Shown here: positions 1-9,845 of the stretch, one piece after another
How positions within the stretch are numbered: the stretch's first letter is position 1
How the letters are laid out: the number at the start of each line of letters is the position of its first letter
Source of the DNA: Actinomycetota bacterium
Lineage (GTDB): Bacteria > Actinomycetota > Actinomycetes > Actinomycetales > Microbacteriaceae
Assembly: GCA_039805425.1 (NCBI GenBank)
Contig: JBDLUH010000001.1
Location: 3,749-67,748, forward strand
Length of the DNA: 64,000 bases
Direction of reading: 5' to 3'
Notes under the pieces: generated by a model
The model's input: only the letters and a program-made list of their open reading frames with translations
Database searches by the model: none
What the model was told of the DNA's origin: nothing
Position numbers and translations under genes: made by a program

Positions 1-1720
1 GAATGGAATCTAGCAATGACTTTGTGTATGGGTGCTTTGCTCTCTTGAAAATCTCAACCACTCCACCGGCTTCAACAATTCGGCCGTTCTGCATCACATT
101 GATGTAGTCACAAAGGTCTGCAACCACACCAAAGTTGTGAGTCACCAATAGCAAAGCGGTGTTGGTTTCCTTCTGCAGTTCACGAAGCAAATCAAGCACC
201 TCGGCCTGCACAGTCACATCAAGGGCCGTCGTTGGCTCATCAGCAATGATCAAATCTGGGTTACAAGAAACTGCACCGGCAATCAGCACGCGCTGCGCCT
301 GACCACCAGAGATTTCGTGCGGGTACTTTTTCATTGTGGTGGTTGGGCTAGGTATACCTACGCGCTCAAGCAAACCAATTGCTCTTGAGGTTGCATCTTT
401 CTTTGACATCCCCAGGACCTTAATCATTGGTTCAACCAGTTGGCTACCAATGGTAAAAGAAGGGTCAAGGTTGCTCATTGGCTCTTGAGGAATGTAACTG
501 ATGCGGCCACCGCGAATTTTGTCATAGGACTTGGCACTGGCAGTAGTTAGTTCTTCGCCTTCAAAAACAATTGAGCCCGCAACTACACGACCACCGGCAG
601 GCAGCAAACCAAGAACTGAGAATGCTGTTTGGGTTTTTCCAGACCCTGATTCACCAATTAGGCCAACAACTTCACCCTTGTTTACGGTGAGGTTCACGTT
701 ATGCACTACCTGCTTGATTCCGCCAACACCATCTGGGTATCCAACTGCAAGGTTTGAAATTGAAAGCATCGGTGACTTTTGATCGCGCTTTGCGTCTGGG
801 TGAATGATTGCATCAACCGCATCGGTATCAGCCTTAGTCTGGGCAGAAGATTTCAGACTCTTTACTTTTGTTGGTTTAGGGCCGGTGCGCTCAAGTTCAT
901 CTCGAACTGTATTGGCAAAAATAACAAGAGCAATTGAAACTAAAGCAATAGTTGCGCTTGGCCAAACCAATAGGCCTGGTGCCTCATAGATCTGACGGAA
1001 CGCATCGTTAAGCATTGAGCCCCAGCTTGGGGTGTCTTTGTCGCCAAGACCCAAAAACTCGATACCAGACTGAATCGCAATAGCAATAGAAGCAATAATT
1101 GCGGTCTGAATAATGATCGGTGCACGAACCACACCAAGAATGTGTCGGCTAATAATGCGCAAATCGCTCAAGCCCGATACACGAGCGGCATCAACATAGA
1201 GTTCGTTTCGCACACCGCGCACAGTGGTGTAAACCAAACGGAAGTAGGCCGGTGACATCAGAACACCGAAGATCATCATCGCGTACCACATTGACGGACC
1301 AATGACGGTGATGGCTGCAAGCAGCACCACCAGACCAGGAAGCGCCATGATGATTGAGGTTGACCAAGACGAGACGCTGTCAAACCATCCACCAAAGTAG
1401 CCGGCAATCAAGCCAGCGACAACACCAATGACCAGCGAGACCAGCACGGCAACGCCTGCGGTAGCCAAGCTAAATCGTGTTGAAAAAGCAAGCCTGGTGA
1501 ATACGTCGCGCCCTGCAGAGTCAGTACCAAACCAGTGCAATGCATCTGGTGAACCAAGAGTCACATAGATATCTGGTTCATTTGGATCCCAAGGGCTTAG
1601 CTCGGGGGCGATAATTCCAAAAACGATGAATGAAAGAATTACACCAATTGAAATTGCACCACTTAAATTGGAAAGAACCTTAAGGGTTAGGCTTTCTACT
1701 TTTTTCTTTGACTTGCTCAT
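1..1720 (-). CDS. Peptide/nickel-family ABC transporter, fused permease + ATP-binding protein (DppC-DppD-like); 3' end runs off the window
   Basis: Absent from the ORF track; translated by hand from ATG at 1720 (ATGA overlap with upstream permease stop): MSKSKKKVESLT...HWFGTDSAGRDVF...YVDAARVSG, then Walker A GESGSGKT, signature ISGGQAQR, Walker B LIIADEPT and H-loop VTHNFG, all in one frame. Confidence 0.9.
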   Translation of the reverse strand, partial: MSKSKKKVESLTLKVLSNLSGAISIGVILSFIVFGIIAPELSPWDPNEPDIYVTLGSPDALHWFGTDSAGRDVFTRLAFSTRFSLATAGVAVLVSLVIGVVAGLIAGYFGGWFDSVSSWSTSIIMALPGLVVLLAAITVIGPSMWYAMMIFGVLMSPAYFRLVYTTVRGVRNELYVDAARVSGLSDLRIISRHILGVVRAPIIIQTAIIASIAIAIQSGIEFLGLGDKDTPSWGSMLNDAFRQIYEAPGLLVWPSATIALVSIALVIFANTVRDELERTGPKPTKVKSLKSSAQTKADTDAVDAIIHPDAKRDQKSPMLSISNLAVGYPDGVGGIKQVVHNVNLTVNKGEVVGLIGESGSGKTQTAFSVLGLLPAGGRVVAGSIVFEGEELTTASAKSYDKIRGGRISYIPQEPMSNLDPSFTIGSQLVEPMIKVLGMSKKDATSRAIGLLERVGIPSPTTTMKKYPHEISGGQAQRVLIAGAVSCNPDLIIADEPTTALDVTVQAEVLDLLRELQKETNTALLLVTHNFGVVADLCDYINVMQNGRIVEAGGVVEIFKRAKHPYTKSLLDSI

Positions 1721-2658
1721 GAAAGACGCACCTTCGGGTTTAGAGCTGCAGAAAGAAGGTCAATGACCAAGTTCACCGCAATAACAATTAGAGCCGTTGC
1801 AACAACGAGGCCCATGATGGCTGGAATATCGCTGCTAGAGGTTGAACCAACTGCATAAGGACCAAGACCAGGAATAGCAAAGATTTGCTCGATCAAAACT
1901 GATCCGCCAAGCATTCCAACAAATTGCACGCCAATGATTGAAAGCGCAGGGCCACCTGCGTTGCGAAGAACGTGCTTGAAAACTACGCGGTTAAAGCTCA
2001 ATCCTCGCGCGCGAAGTGTGCGTACGTAATCCATGTTCAAGGCATCTTTTACAGAGCCACGAACCTGCTGGGCAGCTGCCGCAATACCGCTAACCGCCAA
2101 AGCAATGACTGGCAGGGTTACAGATTTGGCCCACTCAGTTGGGCTATCTGCAAAGTCTGTGTAACCAACCGCATTAAAGATTGGAATTTGAATTGCAAAA
2201 AGCGTGACCAAGAAAAAGGCCACCAAGAAACCTGGAACTGCAAAACCAAATAGTCCAATGAATTGAACAACGCGGTCGATCCAACCACCTTTTAGTGCGG
2301 CTACGGTGCCCAAAACAATAGAGACTAGAGCCGCCACCAATGTGGTCAGAGCAACGATTGTAAGCGTAACTCCCAATCGTGGGAAAAGTGAGTCTGCAAC
2401 TGGCTCTGGCATTGACCAAGATTCGCCAAGATTTAGCTGAACCGCATTAACTAACCAAGAGAAATACTGTTCGATGAAGGGCTTATTTAGGCCAAGTTGT
2501 TCGTTAAGCGCAGCAACCTCGTCTTGAGTTGCCTGCAAACCCAGGATCAAACGAGCAACGTTGCCCGCACCTAGATACATTAAGAAATATGCAAGAAGGC
2601 TAACCGCAAACAGCATGATGATGCCGTTGAGCAGTCGCTTCAGAATGAATTTTAACAA
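1717..2658 (-). CDS. Peptide-family ABC transporter permease (DppB/OppB-like)
   Basis: N-terminal 'FILKRLL', LGLNKP..QY..W, and DYVRTLRARGLS...KHVLRNA EAA-type loop. Confidence 0.92.
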   Translation of the reverse strand: MLKFILKRLLNGIIMLFAVSLLAYFLMYLGAGNVARLILGLQATQDEVAALNEQLGLNKPFIEQYFSWLVNAVQLNLGESWSMPEPVADSLFPRLGVTLTIVALTTLVAALVSIVLGTVAALKGGWIDRVVQFIGLFGFAVPGFLVAFFLVTLFAIQIPIFNAVGYTDFADSPTEWAKSVTLPVIALAVSGIAAAAQQVRGSVKDALNMDYVRTLRARGLSFNRVVFKHVLRNAGGPALSIIGVQFVGMLGGSVLIEQIFAIPGLGPYAVGSTSSSDIPAIMGLVVATALIVIAVNLVIDLLSAALNPKVRLS

Positions 2659-2718
2659 TTGGTTTCCAATTTTTGAGCGCGTATTCGCGCTGGAACTTCT
2701 GTGATTCTATTGTTAGTC

Positions 2719-2751
2719 AGTTGGGCTGGGGGCCAAGCCCCCAGCCCAACT
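2719..2751 (-). terminator. 15-bp perfect hairpin between the binding-protein and permease genes (partial terminator or mRNA stabiliser)
   Basis: AGTTGGGCTGGGGGC-CAA-GCCCCCAGCCCAACT; no clear U-tract. Confidence 0.7.
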
Positions 2752-2775
2752 TTGAAACTATTTACAAACTAGCTA

Positions 2776-4281
2776 TTAGCCAATGTTGTATAGGAACGGA
2801 ATACTGTTTCCGGCCTGTGCTGCCTTGATTGTTATGCCTTTGTAGACGAAGTTTCCCTGTCTTGCATACCAAACAGCAAACCATGCATCTTCTTGAACAG
2901 CCTTGTTGATTGCCTTCAAGATTGCTGGGCGCTTTGAAGCGGTTGCCTTCTTGTAGTCAGCAATCAACTTGGTAACTGTTGCTGTGGCGTAACCATCGTT
3001 GTTGAAGGTTGCGTTTTTAGTCAGCATGAAGTTCATCATCTGCCAAGGCTCACCTGAGCGCTCAAACTGCATTAGGTAAGCGTCGTACTTGCCAGCGATG
3101 ATGTTGTCGATGAATGTAGCGCCACCCTCTGCAACTTCTTTAACTGTGATGCCAATCTTGCCCAGCTGTGAACTGATGATTGAGTAAACAGCCTCACCAA
3201 AGTACGGAGCGAAGGTTGGCATGGTGATGGTACAGCCCTTTGAGTAACCAGCTGCAGCCATTAGGCCCTTAGCTGACGCAACATCGTATGGGTACATGCT
3301 GTCTAGAGACTTGCTGTATCCAGCGTTGTAAGTAGGGAAGTACTGAGATGTTACTAAACCAGCACCAGACTCTAGGCTCTTGACAAGCGCAGGGCGGTCG
3401 AACACTAGGTTAATTGCCTGGCGAACTTCCTTCTTTGCGATACACGAGTTGTGCTTTCCTGAGCGGTCAGAGAAGTAGATTCCCTTTGCGTCTAGGTATG
3501 AAGCTGAAGACTTAAATCCGGCCTTCTTTAGAGTGTTTACCGATGCAACGTCTGCAACGTTTCCACCCTGAACGGCACCTGATTTAACAGCGTTAACCAT
3601 CGCGGTTTGGTCTTCGTAGATGTTGATCACTAGGTTGTCGTACTTACGGTTTGCCTTGTCCCAGTAGGTTGGGTTTGCTGTGTAAACGTACTTTGAACCT
3701 GAGCGGGTCTTTGCCTTGTCAAGAATGTATGGGCCTGAACCAACTGGAGAAGTTGCCGCAGAAGCCTTGCCAATAACCTTTGGGCTTGCAAGCAGGCCGG
3801 CGGTGTTAGCTAGGTAGTTAACAAATGCTGGGTCTGTCCCTGTAAGGGTCACTACAACCTGGCTAGTTCCCTTAGCAACCGCTGACTTCATTGAAGCTAG
3901 GTAGTTTGCAGTTGGACCCTTGCCGTTCTTGTTGGCATTTAGGTTCTTAACAACAGCTGCTGCATCTAGTGCAGAGCCATCGGTGAACTTAATTCCTGAA
4001 CGAAGATCAAGTGTTAGCACGGTCTGTGCTGAGTTGTAGGTCCACTTAGTTGCTACACCAGGGATGATGTCGCCGTTTTCCTTCTGTCTTAGAAGGCTGT
4101 CGTAAGTAGCCTGGTAGAACCAAACGCGGTTTCCGTATTCAGCCTGATCTGCAGCCAAGCTAACTGGCTTTACGATGGCACCAATAGTTAGGGTCTTGCC
4201 CGCAGCCTGACCGGCTGTTACGGTACCCATTGCTAGCGCCGCTGTGGCAAGCACAGCTGCAAAAGCTTTGAACATTTTCAT
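2776..4281 (-). CDS. ABC transporter solute-binding protein, family 5
   Basis: Start reassigned to ATG 4281 (GGAGAAACT upstream, signal peptide MKMFKAFAAVLATAALA); LRSGIKFTDGS and PVGSGPY motifs typical of SBP_bac_5. Confidence 0.9.
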   Translation of the reverse strand: MKMFKAFAAVLATAALAMGTVTAGQAAGKTLTIGAIVKPVSLAADQAEYGNRVWFYQATYDSLLRQKENGDIIPGVATKWTYNSAQTVLTLDLRSGIKFTDGSALDAAAVVKNLNANKNGKGPTANYLASMKSAVAKGTSQVVVTLTGTDPAFVNYLANTAGLLASPKVIGKASAATSPVGSGPYILDKAKTRSGSKYVYTANPTYWDKANRKYDNLVINIYEDQTAMVNAVKSGAVQGGNVADVASVNTLKKAGFKSSASYLDAKGIYFSDRSGKHNSCIAKKEVRQAINLVFDRPALVKSLESGAGLVTSQYFPTYNAGYSKSLDSMYPYDVASAKGLMAAAGYSKGCTITMPTFAPYFGEAVYSIISSQLGKIGITVKEVAEGGATFIDNIIAGKYDAYLMQFERSGEPWQMMNFMLTKNATFNNDGYATATVTKLIADYKKATASKRPAILKAINKAVQEDAWFAVWYARQGNFVYKGITIKAAQAGNSIPFLYNIG

Positions 4282-4349
4282 AGTTTCTCCTGATGGATGG
4301 GGTGCCGCAAAGCCCCTTTGACTTGCGGTTATAAGAAATCTAATGGTAG

Positions 4350-4371
4350 AAACTAAGTGAGCATTTAGTTT
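4350..4371. promoter_or_regulatory. Palindromic operator, probably for the adjacent TetR regulator
   Basis: AAACTAA-GTGAGCAT-TTAGTTT in the divergent intergenic region. Confidence 0.6.
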
Positions 4372-4500
4372 TACCCGGACCGATACGAAAATGTTATCGT
4401 TCACATCCTTGATGCGAACTTGGATTAGCTATTTGAGTGTTTAGGTAGAAACCTGGCCAAATTGGCCGATATTTGAGGGATTTAAGGGATCGAGGGAGCT

Positions 4501-5136
4501 ATGGCCAGACCAAAAGGCGACTCCTCTGTAACCGAAGCCCGCAAACAAGACATTTTGAAGGCCGCATTCGAGGTTTTCTCGAAGAATGGCTACCGGGGTG
4601 GCTCATTAAGCCAAGTTTCAGAAATCGTGGGCATCACCGAAGCCGGTATTCTTCATCACTTTAGAACCAAGGCGAATCTTCTAATCGAGGTCCTAAGTTA
4701 TCGCGATGAACTAGCCGGCGAGATTTCGGGTGTCACAGAGTCCTCGGGCTTAGAGTTCGTAAACGGCTGGCTCAATCTGGTGGACTACAACATTTCAATT
4801 CCTGGCATGGTTGAGCTTTATTGCATAGTGTCAGCCGAAGCAACCGCCGCCGACCACCCGGCGCACAGATACTTCCAGGAGCGCTACGAATATGTAATTA
4901 ATGTCACAACAAAATCAATGCAAAAAATTCATGACGATGGATACATGCGCAAAAATCTTGACCCGGCAGATCTTGGCCGAGCAATTGTTGCACTTTCAGA
5001 TGGCCTGCAGATTCAATGGCTTCTTGATCGCAAGTGGGACATGATTGACGAACACAAAGCTTTTTTCAGAAGAATTCTCACCGATAACGCTGCCGAGCTA
5101 ACGGGTTTGTCAAGTAAGGAAAAGGTAACTATCTAA
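4501..5136 (+). CDS. TetR/AcrR family transcriptional regulator
   Basis: N-terminal HTH 'ILKAAFEVFSKNGYRGGSLSQVSEIVGITEAGILHHFRTK'; C-terminal SAEA..HPAH..F and DGLQIQWL. Confidence 0.92.
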   Translation: MARPKGDSSVTEARKQDILKAAFEVFSKNGYRGGSLSQVSEIVGITEAGILHHFRTKANLLIEVLSYRDELAGEISGVTESSGLEFVNGWLNLVDYNISIPGMVELYCIVSAEATAADHPAHRYFQERYEYVINVTTKSMQKIHDDGYMRKNLDPADLGRAIVALSDGLQIQWLLDRKWDMIDEHKAFFRRILTDNAAELTGLSSKEKVTI

Positions 5137-6059
5137 TGGCACTAGCTCCACTTTTCGCAGATCGCTTGAATCACTACAACGAACTTCCTTTTCTTGAGGC
5201 CCACAAACTCTTTGAAGCGCCGCTAAGCGAGTATGTTTCACCTCCGGTTGATGTTGAAGAGCTATCGGCACCAAGTGCGTCCGGGCCGGTGCCGATTCTC
5301 ACCTATCGCCCAACCGGAGTAACCGGAGACCTACCTGTTTTGATTTGGCTACACGGTGGTGGCTTTCGCGAAGGAACATTTAAAATGAACGAGGGTGATA
5401 TTGTTTCGCGCGAGATGTCTCACCGCGCCAACATGGTGGTTGTCAACGTTGAGTATCGCCTAGTCACAGAAACCCTAAAGTTCCCAGCCCCTCAAGAGGA
5501 CACTATGGCCGTCCTGGATTGGGTGGTTGCTAATGTTGAAAAAATCGGCGGTCGTCGTGATGCGATTTTTGTTGGTGGCATTAGTGCCGGTGGATGTCTT
5601 GCAGCAACAATGGCAGTACTTGATCGTGACAACGGAAACAACTACATTGCTGGGCAATTACTGAACTGCCCAACTTTGCACTTTAATTTGCCAACTCCAA
5701 GCGCAGAACTGCAAAGCAAAATTGATGAAATAAACGGTTTTGGTTTAACCGCAGAAATTATTGATGAGACACGAAAATTTGCTCTGGGCAATCAAGAATT
5801 TATTCCAGCCTGGTTCGCAGGTGAAGTTGAAGATCTAAGCTCACTTCCGCCAGCCCAAATTATTAATTGTGAATATGACATGCTTCGGGCATCGGGTGAA
5901 AAATTTGGACAGCAACTGGCTAACGCCCGAGTAAAAGTTGAAACCTTAACGCAAGCTGGAGTGCCGCACGCACACATCAATCGCTACCCAGCTGATTGCA
6001 ATGAGATGGTTGAAACTCTCGAAAACATGGTTCGCTTCGTAAACGAAATTAGCGCCTAG
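5136..6059 (+). CDS. Alpha/beta hydrolase, HSL-family esterase
   Basis: HGGGF oxyanion loop, GISAGG nucleophile elbow, EYDML and late His. Confidence 0.88.
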   Translation: MALAPLFADRLNHYNELPFLEAHKLFEAPLSEYVSPPVDVEELSAPSASGPVPILTYRPTGVTGDLPVLIWLHGGGFREGTFKMNEGDIVSREMSHRANMVVVNVEYRLVTETLKFPAPQEDTMAVLDWVVANVEKIGGRRDAIFVGGISAGGCLAATMAVLDRDNGNNYIAGQLLNCPTLHFNLPTPSAELQSKIDEINGFGLTAEIIDETRKFALGNQEFIPAWFAGEVEDLSSLPPAQIINCEYDMLRASGEKFGQQLANARVKVETLTQAGVPHAHINRYPADCNEMVETLENMVRFVNEISA

Positions 6060-6210
6060 AGCAACCCGGCTGATTTGCTAAATCAATAGCCATTTAGACC
6101 TTTTGACCCTTGTCCTAGTTGGTTAGGTGGAATAGATTTGAAGACGGTCCAACTGGGCCAAAAAACAGACGGCTGGAATAACCATCCAGTACGAAACTGA
6201 AGGAAATTAA

Positions 6211-7242
6211 TTGAATATCGCAATAACTCGCGCCTTTAAAATAGGCGCTGCAGCTCTAATCGCTGCCCTAGCCACCACCTCTCTAAGTGGTTGCGTCAAA
6301 GAATCCACCCCCACCTCTGGCGAGCAAAGCATCTCCGTTTATTCAGGTCGTGCAGAAGACCTAGTTGCCGACTTGCTTGACCAATTCACAACCGAAACCG
6401 GAATTGCTGTTGAAGTTCGCTATGCAGATTCTGCAGCACTAGCTGCACAGATTCTTGAAGAGGGCTCAAATGTTCAAGCCGATGTATTTTTCTCGCAAGA
6501 TGCCGGCGCACTGGGTGCCGTAAGTGAAGCGGGCGCATTCAAAAACTTAAACCCAGACATCACTGCTCTGGTTGAAGACCAGTACAAATCAAAAGACAAC
6601 ACCTGGGTTGGAGTCTCTGGTCGCAGCCGAGTACTTTCTTATAACCCAGCAAAGGTATCTGAAGCAGAGCTACCAACTTCTGTTTTTGATTTGGCTGATT
6701 CAAAATGGCAAGGAAAAATTGGAGTGGCGCCAACTAACGCGTCATTCCAGTCTGCAGTTACTGCAATGCGCGTATTAGAGGGTGAGCAAAAGACTATTGA
6801 ATGGCTAGCCGCCATCAAGAAGAATGCCGTCTTGTATGAAAAGAACTCTCAAATTCTTGAGGCCATTGAAACTGGCGAAATTTCAGCTGGCCTAATCAAT
6901 CACTACTACTGGTACGAGCGCGCAGCCGAAGTTGGCGAAGAGAACATGACTTCAAAAATGGCATGGTTTGCCGCTGGTGACGTTGGCAACCTTGTGAACG
7001 TAGCCGGAGTTGGCGTTCTGTCTGATAAGCCTGAGGCACAGACCTTTGCGAAATGGCTATTGGGAACCTCGGCACAAACCTTTTTTGTAGACAAGACCGC
7101 TGAGTACTCACTTACCGGTTTGGCCGCTAAGGGTGGGCTACCGGCCTTAAACCAAATTGCCTCGCCAAAGATTGACCTAAGTGCACTTTCAACTTTGGCC
7201 AAGACTCTTGACTTGATTCGCGACGCAGGGCTAACTGACTAA
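6211..7242 (+). CDS. Fe(III) ABC transporter substrate-binding lipoprotein (FbpA/FutA-like)
   Basis: Lipobox LSGC, VYSGR, ADVFFSQDAG, NHYYWY tyrosine iron ligands. Confidence 0.9.
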   Translation: MNIAITRAFKIGAAALIAALATTSLSGCVKESTPTSGEQSISVYSGRAEDLVADLLDQFTTETGIAVEVRYADSAALAAQILEEGSNVQADVFFSQDAGALGAVSEAGAFKNLNPDITALVEDQYKSKDNTWVGVSGRSRVLSYNPAKVSEAELPTSVFDLADSKWQGKIGVAPTNASFQSAVTAMRVLEGEQKTIEWLAAIKKNAVLYEKNSQILEAIETGEISAGLINHYYWYERAAEVGEENMTSKMAWFAAGDVGNLVNVAGVGVLSDKPEAQTFAKWLLGTSAQTFFVDKTAEYSLTGLAAKGGLPALNQIASPKIDLSALSTLAKTLDLIRDAGLTD

Positions 7243-7245
7243 ACA

Positions 7246-8796
7246 TTGAAAAACTCACTTCGGCAACGACCGCCAGCCCTACTACTTGGGTTGGCAGTCG
7301 TTGCCGTTTTGATTTCTATCTCGCCAATTTCATACCTTGCAATCAGGCTTGCTGAGTTTGGTTTCGACAAAGTTCTAGAAAATGTTTTTCGATCAAGAAG
7401 TTTTGAACTACTTGGCAACTCGCTGCTACTTGCTGCCGCGGTTTCTGTTTCTGCAGTTGCCGTTGGTGGTTTTCAGGCTTGGCTAACTGCCCGCACTTCA
7501 ATAAAAGGTAAAGCTGTTTTTGCTGTTCTTTCGGCCCTGCCATTAGCAATGCCAAGTTATGTAACTGCATACTCATTTACCGCTTTATTTGGTGGCTTCA
7601 AAGGCTTCTTTGCCGCTTGGCTGGTGCTAACCATAGGCACCGCGCCATACGTTTACCTGGCTGTTTCGGCCGCGCTAATAAGATCTGATGCTGCCACCGA
7701 AGAAGTAGCGCGCTCACTGGGCGCTGGCCGTTGGAGAGTATTCAGCCAAGTAACTTGGCCAACAATCAGACCGGCAGCCGTATCCGGTGCAATGCTTGCT
7801 GCACTCTATGCACTTAGTGACTTTGGCGCTGTTTCAATTCTTAGCTTCGATACCTTTACCCGGGCAATTTATAGCGCGTTTCGTTCAAGTTTTGATCGTT
7901 CCGGTGCCGCCAGCTTGGCAGCCATTCTTGTTGTGCTAACAATTGCGCTGTTAGTAGTTGAACCGGCATTGCGTGGAAAAGCCGTGCCAACAGATTCACG
8001 AGTACGCAGAACATCGCTTATCAATTTGGGTTGGTTTGCACCAATTGCTGCAACCGTTGCTGGCGCCTGGGCTTTTGTTAGTTTGGTGATTCCAACCTTC
8101 AGTTTGATTCGTTGGAACCAAACTGGTCTCTCAAATGTTGACAGCGGTGAAGTCATTCGTGCGCTGATTAACTCGGTTGGCTATGCCTTTGCCGGTGGTT
8201 TAGTAGCGGTAATTTTTGGCTTCGCTGTTTCACTACTAACTGTGCGTTGGAAATCAAAATTGACTATTGCATTTGATAGATCAATCTGGCTGACCCACGC
8301 AGTGCCAGGCATAGTGGTTGCACTAGCGTTAGTTTTTCTAAGCAATCGCCTGTTGCCACAGATTTATCAGACCAGCACGTTGGTAATGATTGCCTACCTA
8401 ATTTTGTTTTTGCCAAATGCCATCACAGCAATGCAAACACCAATCGCGCAAGCGCCTAGGGCACTTGATGAAATTGCTGCCAGCCTCGGCGCCAGCAGAA
8501 TGCAAACAATACGTCGCGTTTTAGTTCCGATTGCTGGCCCGGGTATTCTTGCCGGTGCCGCATTGGTTTCGTTATCGGTGTTGAAAGAATTGCCGGCAAC
8601 CCTATTGCTACGCGAAACCGGGGTTGAAACGCTTGCCACCCGGCTGTGGAGCGAGACCTCAGTTTCGGCCTATGCCGCAGCCGCCCCTTATGCATTACTT
8701 TTAGTAGTAGTTGCTGGAATTCCAGCCTGGCTACTGAACCGTCAGGTGCGCCAAAGTGCCAAATTTGATTTGAACAGCCGAATGGAGCGTGAATAG
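7246..8796 (+). CDS. Fe(III) ABC transporter permease (FbpB-like)
   Basis: Two EAA repeats (EEVARSLG, DEIAASLG), SDFG and KELPAT motifs. Confidence 0.9.
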   Translation: MKNSLRQRPPALLLGLAVVAVLISISPISYLAIRLAEFGFDKVLENVFRSRSFELLGNSLLLAAAVSVSAVAVGGFQAWLTARTSIKGKAVFAVLSALPLAMPSYVTAYSFTALFGGFKGFFAAWLVLTIGTAPYVYLAVSAALIRSDAATEEVARSLGAGRWRVFSQVTWPTIRPAAVSGAMLAALYALSDFGAVSILSFDTFTRAIYSAFRSSFDRSGAASLAAILVVLTIALLVVEPALRGKAVPTDSRVRRTSLINLGWFAPIAATVAGAWAFVSLVIPTFSLIRWNQTGLSNVDSGEVIRALINSVGYAFAGGLVAVIFGFAVSLLTVRWKSKLTIAFDRSIWLTHAVPGIVVALALVFLSNRLLPQIYQTSTLVMIAYLILFLPNAITAMQTPIAQAPRALDEIAASLGASRMQTIRRVLVPIAGPGILAGAALVSLSVLKELPATLLLRETGVETLATRLWSETSVSAYAAAAPYALLLVVVAGIPAWLLNRQVRQSAKFDLNSRMERE

Positions 8797-9824
8797 TGTC
8801 AACCGTTCTTTCGCTTCATTCAATTAGCAAAGCAATCGCAGGTAATCAGATTCTGAAGAATCTGAACCTTGATGTGCAAGACCAAGAGTTTGTTGCCATT
8901 CTGGGCAGTAGCGGATCTGGCAAGACCACCCTGCTGCGTTTGATCTCAGGTTTCGATGCCCCAGATGCTGGCGAAATTTTCATTGGAGGGCAGCAGGTAT
9001 TCACCAAAGGCGTCAACGTTTCAGCTGAAGAGCGCAGAGTTGGGTTTGTGCCTCAAGATGCCGCACTGTTTCCGCACCTTAGCGTTGCCAAGAACATTGA
9101 ATTTGGGCTTAGCAAAATGCCTGCGGCTCAGCGCGTTTTAAGAGTTGCAGAGCTACTAAAACTGGTTGACCTAGTTGGCTACCAAGAACGCATGCCGCAC
9201 GAGTTATCTGGCGGGCAGCGTCACCGCGTTGCCCTTGCCCGCGCACTGGCGCCTAAGCCTCAATTGATTTTGCTAGACGAGCCGTTCTCTTCACTAGATG
9301 CCGAACTCAGGGTTCGCCTGCGCGAAGATGTTCGCAACGTAATTACCAAAACTGGAACCACCGCAATTCTGGTAACTCACGACCAAGAAGAGGCCCTGTC
9401 TATGGCTAGCCGCGTTGCGATTCTGCGCGACGGAGAATTCGCCCAAATTGGAAACCCAAGTGAGATCTACCAGGCACCCGCCGATGTTGAAATGGCAACC
9501 TTTCTTGGTGATTCTTGCATCATTAATGGCGTTGTCAAAGATAACAAGATAGTCACTGACCTTGGTCTGCTTACCCCGCTAAATAAAGTAACCAATGGCA
9601 CCACCGGCCGAGTGGCAATTAGGCCTGAGAACTTCTACCTGCAGCCAAATCCAAATGGTGAGGGTGAAGTTATTGGCCGCCAGTATTTTGGCCACGACGC
9701 GTTAATTGAAGTGCAGCTGCCAAAGCTAGTAATTCAAGCTAGAGCAAATGGGCCATTTGCTCCTGAGATTGGCATGCGCGTTACCGTTTGGGTTCGCGGT
9801 CAAGTTAATTTCTACACCGATTAA
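8796..9824 (+). CDS. Fe(III) ABC transporter ATP-binding protein (FbpC-like)
   Basis: GSSGSGKT, LSGGQ, LLDEPF, VTHDQEEA; C-terminal TOBE-like region. Confidence 0.9.
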   Translation: MSTVLSLHSISKAIAGNQILKNLNLDVQDQEFVAILGSSGSGKTTLLRLISGFDAPDAGEIFIGGQQVFTKGVNVSAEERRVGFVPQDAALFPHLSVAKNIEFGLSKMPAAQRVLRVAELLKLVDLVGYQERMPHELSGGQRHRVALARALAPKPQLILLDEPFSSLDAELRVRLREDVRNVITKTGTTAILVTHDQEEALSMASRVAILRDGEFAQIGNPSEIYQAPADVEMATFLGDSCIINGVVKDNKIVTDLGLLTPLNKVTNGTTGRVAIRPENFYLQPNPNGEGEVIGRQYFGHDALIEVQLPKLVIQARANGPFAPEIGMRVTVWVRGQVNFYTD

Positions 9825-9845
9825 CAGCGTAAAAAGTAAAGCAGA

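Noticed and set aside
4282-4404. Long N-terminal extensions in the ORF track (SBP, purM, purD, DUF305, TIM-like, manD, uidA, LacI)
   Set aside because: They overlap neighbouring genes or operators; downstream starts have RBS or leaderless promoters and match family N-termini.
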